DNA of 64,000 nt, from positions 81,013,072 to 81,077,071 of the forward strand of contig NC_052154.1 of NCBI RefSeq assembly GCF_902713615.1, read 5' to 3'. Position numbers and translations under genes: made by a program. The DNA comes from Scyliorhinus canicula. Taxonomy: Eukaryota. This document shows positions 58,945 through 64,000 of the stretch, in pieces. The notes beneath the pieces are model-generated. The model was not told the origin of the DNA, searched no databases, and saw only the letters and a program-made list of their open reading frames with translations. The first letter of the stretch is position 1, and every line of letters begins with the position of its first letter.

Positions 58945-59190
58945 CAGAGACCCCTCACCCCGCTTTGCCCTCTTCCAGACCCTTCCATCAGGCAGAAGAT
59001 GCAGAGGTCTGGAGACCCGCACATCCAGACATAGGAACAGCTTCTTCCCCACCTCGCTACGAGACTCCGCAATGACTCTCCCTCGGACTGATCTGTTTCC
59101 TGTAAGAACACTATTCACGGCACCCTATGCTGCTCTTGCTCATGTATTTGCTTTGTTTGGCCCTTGTTCTGCACTGTAACCAATCATTGT
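58945..59190 (+). mobile_element. Rex1/Babar-like LINE 3' end
   Basis: ALFQTLPSGRRCRGLETRTSRHRNSFFP. Confidence 0.7.
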
Positions 59191-59194
59191 TTTT

Positions 59195-59415
59195 TTTAAA
59201 AATACATTAAGGGTACCAAATTCATTTTTTCCAATTAAGGGGCACTTTAGCATCGCCAATCCACCTACCCTGCACATTTTCTGGTTGTGGTGGCGAACCC
59301 CAAGCAGACACAGGGAGAATGTGCAAACTCCACACGGACAGTGACCCAGAGCCAGGATCGAACCTGGGACCTCGGTGCCGTGAGGCAGCAATGCTAACCA
59401 CTGCACCACCATGCT
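59195..59415 (-). mobile_element. HE1-type SINE
   Basis: Head cagcatggtggtgcagtggttagcattg and the family body. Confidence 0.8.
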
Positions 59416-59934
59416 GTCCTCGATCACTATTTGTTGATATACCATTTGTCAATGTACTCTGTCGATTATTCTTTTATCTACTCTGTACGTACTGTGTACG
59501 TTTCCATGGCTGCAGAAAAAAACTTTTCACTGTACTTAGGTACATGTGACAATAATGTCAATTAATCCATCAATTGGTTGAGCCGCAAGGGCCACATCCG
59601 GCTCCCTCTTGAACAACAAACTGGCCCCAACAGCTTTCTGTGGCAGAGAATTCCAGAAGTTCACAAGTTTTTGAGAAACGATGTTCTTCCTAATCTCAGC
59701 CCTGAATGTCTCACCACTTATTCTAAGGCTGTGACCCCCTAGTTCTTTTCCATCATCGGGAATCTTCTTCCAGCATCTGGCCTATCCAGTTCCATCAGGA
59801 TTTTATATGTTTACATGAGATCCCCTCTCATTCTTTTAAACTCCAATGAATACAAGCCCAGTCGCTCGGGTTTTTCTCTATATGTCAGTCCTGCATTCCT
59901 GGCAATTAGTCTGGTGAACTGGTGGACTGATAGA

Positions 59935-61604
59935 AATTAGGCTATGACAGGTGAGGACCTTGAGAGGATTGTTATAACTAAGGAGGTAGTGATGGGCAAG
60001 CTAATGGGGCTAAAGGTAGACAAGACTCCTGGCCCTGATGGAATGCATCCCAGAGTGCTAAAAGAGATGGCAAGGAAATTGCAGATGCACTAGTGATGAT
60101 TTACCAAAGTTCACTAGACTCTGGGGTGGTCCCGGTGGATTGGAAATTAGCAAACGTGACACCACTGTTTAAAAAAGGAGGTAGGCGCAGAGCAGGAAAT
60201 TATAGGCCAGTGAGTTTAACTTCGGTAGTAGGGAAGATGCTGGAATCTACCATCAAGGAAGAAATAGCGAGGCATCTGGATGGAAATTGTCCCATTGGGC
60301 AGACGCAGCATGCGTTCATAAAGGGCAGGTCGTGCCGAACAAATTTAGTCGGATTTTTTGAGGACATTACCAGTGCAGTAGATAGCGGAGAGCGAATAGA
60401 TGTGGTATATCTGGATTTCCAGAAAGCCTTTGACAAATTGCCACACAAAAGGTTGTTGAATGAGATAAAGATGCATGGCATTAAGGGTAAAGTAGTAGCA
60501 TGGATAGAGGATTGGTTAATTAATAGAAAGCAAAGAGTGGGGATTAATGTGTGTTTCTCTGGTTGGCAATCAGTAGCTAGTGGTGTCCCTCAGGGATCCG
60601 TGTTGGGCCCACAATTGTTCACAATTTACATAGATGATTTGGAGTTGGGGACCAAGGGCAATGTGTCCAAGTTTGCAGATGACACTAAGATGAGTGGTAA
60701 AGCGAAAAGTGCAGAGGATACTGGAAGTCTGCAGAGGGATTTGGATAGGTTAAGTGAATGGGCTAGGGTCTGGCAGATGGAATGCAATGTTGACAAATGT
60801 GAAGTTATCCATTTTGGTAGGAATAACAGCAAACTGGATTATTATTCAAACGATGAAATATTAAAGCATGTTGCTGTGCAGAGAGACCTGGGTGTGCTAG
60901 TGCATGAGTCACAGAAAGTTAGTTTCCAGGTGCAACAGGTGATTAAGAAGGCAAATGTAATTTTGTCCTTCATTGCTAGAGGGATAGAGTTTAAGACTAG
61001 GGAGGTTATGCTGCAATTGTATAAGGTGTTAGTGAGGCCACACCTGGAGTATTGTGTTCAGTTTTGGTCTCCTTACTTGAGAAAGGACGTACTGGCACTG
61101 GAAGGTGTGCAGAATAGATTCACTAGGTTAATCCCAGAGCTGAAGTGGTTGGATTACGAGGGGAGGTTGAGTACACTGGGACTGTACTCTTTGGAATTTA
61201 GAAGGTTGAGGGGGGATCTTATAGAAACATTTAAAATTATGAAGGGAATAGATAGGATAGATGCAGTTAGGTTCTTTCCACTGGCGGGTGAAAGCAGAAC
61301 TAGGGGACATAGCCTCAAAATAAGGGGAAGTAGATTTAGGACTGAGTATAGGAGGAACATCTTCACCCAAAGGGTTGTGAATCTATGGAATTCCTTGCCC
61401 AGTGAAGCAGTTGAGTCTCCTTCATTAAATGTTTTTAAGGTAAAGATAGATAGTTTTTGAAGAATAAAGGGATTAAGGGTTATGGTGTTCGGGCCGGAAA
61501 GTGGAGATGAGTCCACAAAAGATCAGCCATGATCTCATTGAATGGCGGAGCAGGCTCGAGTGGCCAGATGGCCTACTCCTGCTCCTAGTTCTTATGTTCT
61601 TATG
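59935..61604 (+). mobile_element. Young 5'-truncated CR1 LINE with an open RT (ORF 60093-61460)
   Basis: NYRPVSLTS, LDFQKAFD, GVPQGSVLGP, FADDTK and a ttcttatgttcttatg tail. Confidence 0.95.
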
Positions 61605-61839
61605 AACGGACCTTCGCTGGACAACCTCAATAGCAAGAATGCCCTTCCTCAAGCTGGAAGACCCAATACTCAAGGTGTGGCCCCATCAAGGTCCTGTATA
61701 ACTGCAGCAAGGCACCCCTATGCCTGTATTCAGATACTCTCACTATGAAGGCCAGATTGCGATTAGCTTTTCTGATGGCCTGCTGTACCTGCATGCCAAA
61801 CATCAGCGACTGTTCCACCAGGACACCCTGGTGTTGTCA

Positions 61840-64000
61840 CACTTCCCCTTTTCATAAACTGTCACAATTCAGATAATAATCTCCCTTCCGTTTTAGTCAC
61901 CAAAGTGGAAAACCTCTGATTTAACCACATAATGTTGTATTTGCCAAGTATTTGCCCACTCAGCCAGTCAGTCCAAGTCACCCTGCAGCCTCTTGGCATC
62001 CTCCTCACAGGACACATTGCCACCCAGCTTAGTGTCATCTGTAAATTTGGAGATATTGCATGCAATTCCTTTGTCCAAATCATTAATGTTTATTATGAAC
62101 AGCTGGGGTCCAAGTATTGAAACCTACGATACCCCACTAGTCACTGCCTGGCGCTCTGAAAGGGGCCCATTTATTCCCACTCTCTGCTTTCTGTCTGCCA
62201 ACCGTGTCTCTATCCACGACAATACATTACCCCAATGTCATGAGCTTCAATTCTGCTCATTAAGCTCTTGTGTGGGACCTTGTCCAAAGTTTTCTGAAAG
62301 TCCAGGTACACAACATCCACTGGTTCAGCCTTGTACACTCTGCTGGTCACATTCTCAAACAATTCCAGAAATTGTAGCAAGCATGGTTTCCCTTTAGTGA
62401 ATCCATGCTGACTTGGAGTGATCGCCCCCGCTTTCCAAATGCTCAGTTATTTAATCCTTACTAATTGACTCCACCATTTCCCCCACATACCGATGTCAGC
62501 CTAACTGGTCGATAATTCCCTGTGTTCTCTCTCCCTCGTTTTTTTAAGTGCGTGGTTACCCTTTAATCAATTGGAACACTTCCAGAGTCTATAGAATGCT
62601 GGAAAATGATCAGCAATGCGTCCGCTGTATCTCGGGCCACGTCTTTAAGTAATCTGGATGTTGAGCATCAAGCCCTGGGGAAGTATCGGGTTTTAATCCC
62701 ATCAATTTCAACAATACATTTTCCTGACTAATATGGATTTCCTCCAGTTCCGCCTTCAAGCTAGACCCTCTGTCTCCTAGTATTTTTGGAATGTTATTTG
62801 TGTCTTCCTTGATGAAGACAAATCCAAAGTATTTTTCAACTGGTCTGCGATCTCTTTGTTGTCCATTATTAGTTCACCTGATTCTAACTTTAAGGGACCT
62901 ACATTTGGCTTCACCAGTCATTTCCCCTTCACATATCTATAGAAGATTTTGAAGTCAGTTTTTATGTTTTATGCAAGTCTATTCTCGTATTCTGTTTTCC
63001 CCTTCTGAAATAACACTTTTTCCTCCTCTGCTGAATTTAAATTTCTCCCGGTCCTCAGGCTAGCTGCTTTTTCTGGACAATTTATATGCCTCCTCTTTTG
63101 CTTTGGCACTATCCCTGATTTCCCTTGTTATCCATGGTTGAGCCACTTTCCCCATTTTACTGGTGCGCCAGGGATGTACAATTTTTGAAGTTCTTCCATG
63201 TGTTCTTTAATTGTGTGCCATTGTTTATCCCCTGTCAACCCCTTAAGTATCCATTGCCAGCTTATCCTAGCCAACGCACGTCTCATACCATTAAATTTAG
63301 CTTTCTTTAATTTCAGGACCATTGTCTCAGACGTAACTGTGTCACTCTCCATCGTACTGAAGAATTCTACCATATTATGGTCACTCTTCCCCAAAGGATC
63401 TCGCACCACAACATTGCTAATTAATCCTCTCTCATTGCACAATGAGTTGTGCCCTCCAGTTGGCCCCTCGACAAATTGGACGAGAAAACCATCAATTATA
63501 CATTCCAGGAAACCATCCTCCATTCCATTGCTACCAGTTAGTTTTATTAGCCCAATCAATGTACATATTGAAGTCACCCACAATAACTGTTGTACCCTTA
63601 ATGCACACATCTCTAATTTTCTGTTGGATCCATCCCAAACCTCACAACTACTGTTTGGTGGTCTGTACACAACTCCTACGAAGGCGTTTTGCCCTTTGGT
63701 GTTCTACAACTCCTGCATTCAGATTCCACATCATCCAGGCTAAAGCTGTTCCTTACTATTACATTTATCTCATCTTTAATCTGCAACGCTACAAATCTCT
63801 CTTTCCTTTCCTTCTATCTTTCCTGTATATTGAATACCCGTGGATGTTGAGTTCTGATTATTAGTTACCCTGGAGCCAGGTTTTCATGATCCCAATTACA
63901 CCATATCCGTTAATGATTGCCAGCGTAGTTCATTCAACAACCCTATTACAAATACTCCTCGAATTGAGACAGAGAACGTTCAGGCTTTAAAAAAACCCCA
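61840..64000 (-). mobile_element. Degraded CR1 LINE ORF2 fragments
   Basis: VYRPPNS, DPLGKSDHNMVEF and FADDTKL-like RT motifs, with many frameshifts. Confidence 0.85.

Overview
Eukaryotic, repeat-rich vertebrate DNA. The SINE, CR1 and Penelope-like repeats point to a cartilaginous fish, most like a catshark (inferred from repeat families, not a database match). Host genes: (1) an apparently intact 5-exon non-rearranging antigen-receptor-like gene on + (leader 1068-1122, germline-joined VJ Ig exon 1334-1639, C1 exon 4448-4744, Arg-containing TM exon 6061-6167, short tail 6572-6595; about 262 aa), preceded by a truncated duplicate V exon. (2) A convergent paralogue on - (about 36477 to 26549), inactivated three ways: a stop/deletion in V, a 6.6-kb ERV in V and a SINE in C1. 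Two young proviruses are present. ERV-A (29822-36413, +) is a deleted class I (gamma/epsilon-like) ERV with a tRNA-Ile PBS and a 4-bp TSD. ERV-B (44803-54724, -) is a nearly intact 9.9-kb element with a tRNA-Arg(UCU) PBS, a 5-bp TSD, coiled-coil Gag, an in-frame UGA-CGG gag/pol junction and a fully open PR-RT-tether-RNaseH-IN Pol (lokiretrovirus/Odin- or spuma-related). ERV-B has no env. In that position it encodes a 114-aa type I membrane protein whose TM resembles CD3zeta/FcRgamma adaptors and whose topology also recalls reovirus FAST fusogens. This ORF is the most promising candidate for something undescribed. The rest is CR1/L2, L1 and Rex-type LINE fragments, tRNA-derived SINEs, a solo LTR and Penelope-like ends carrying minimal hammerhead ribozyme motifs. 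All alignments were done by eye, and repeat boundaries are approximate.
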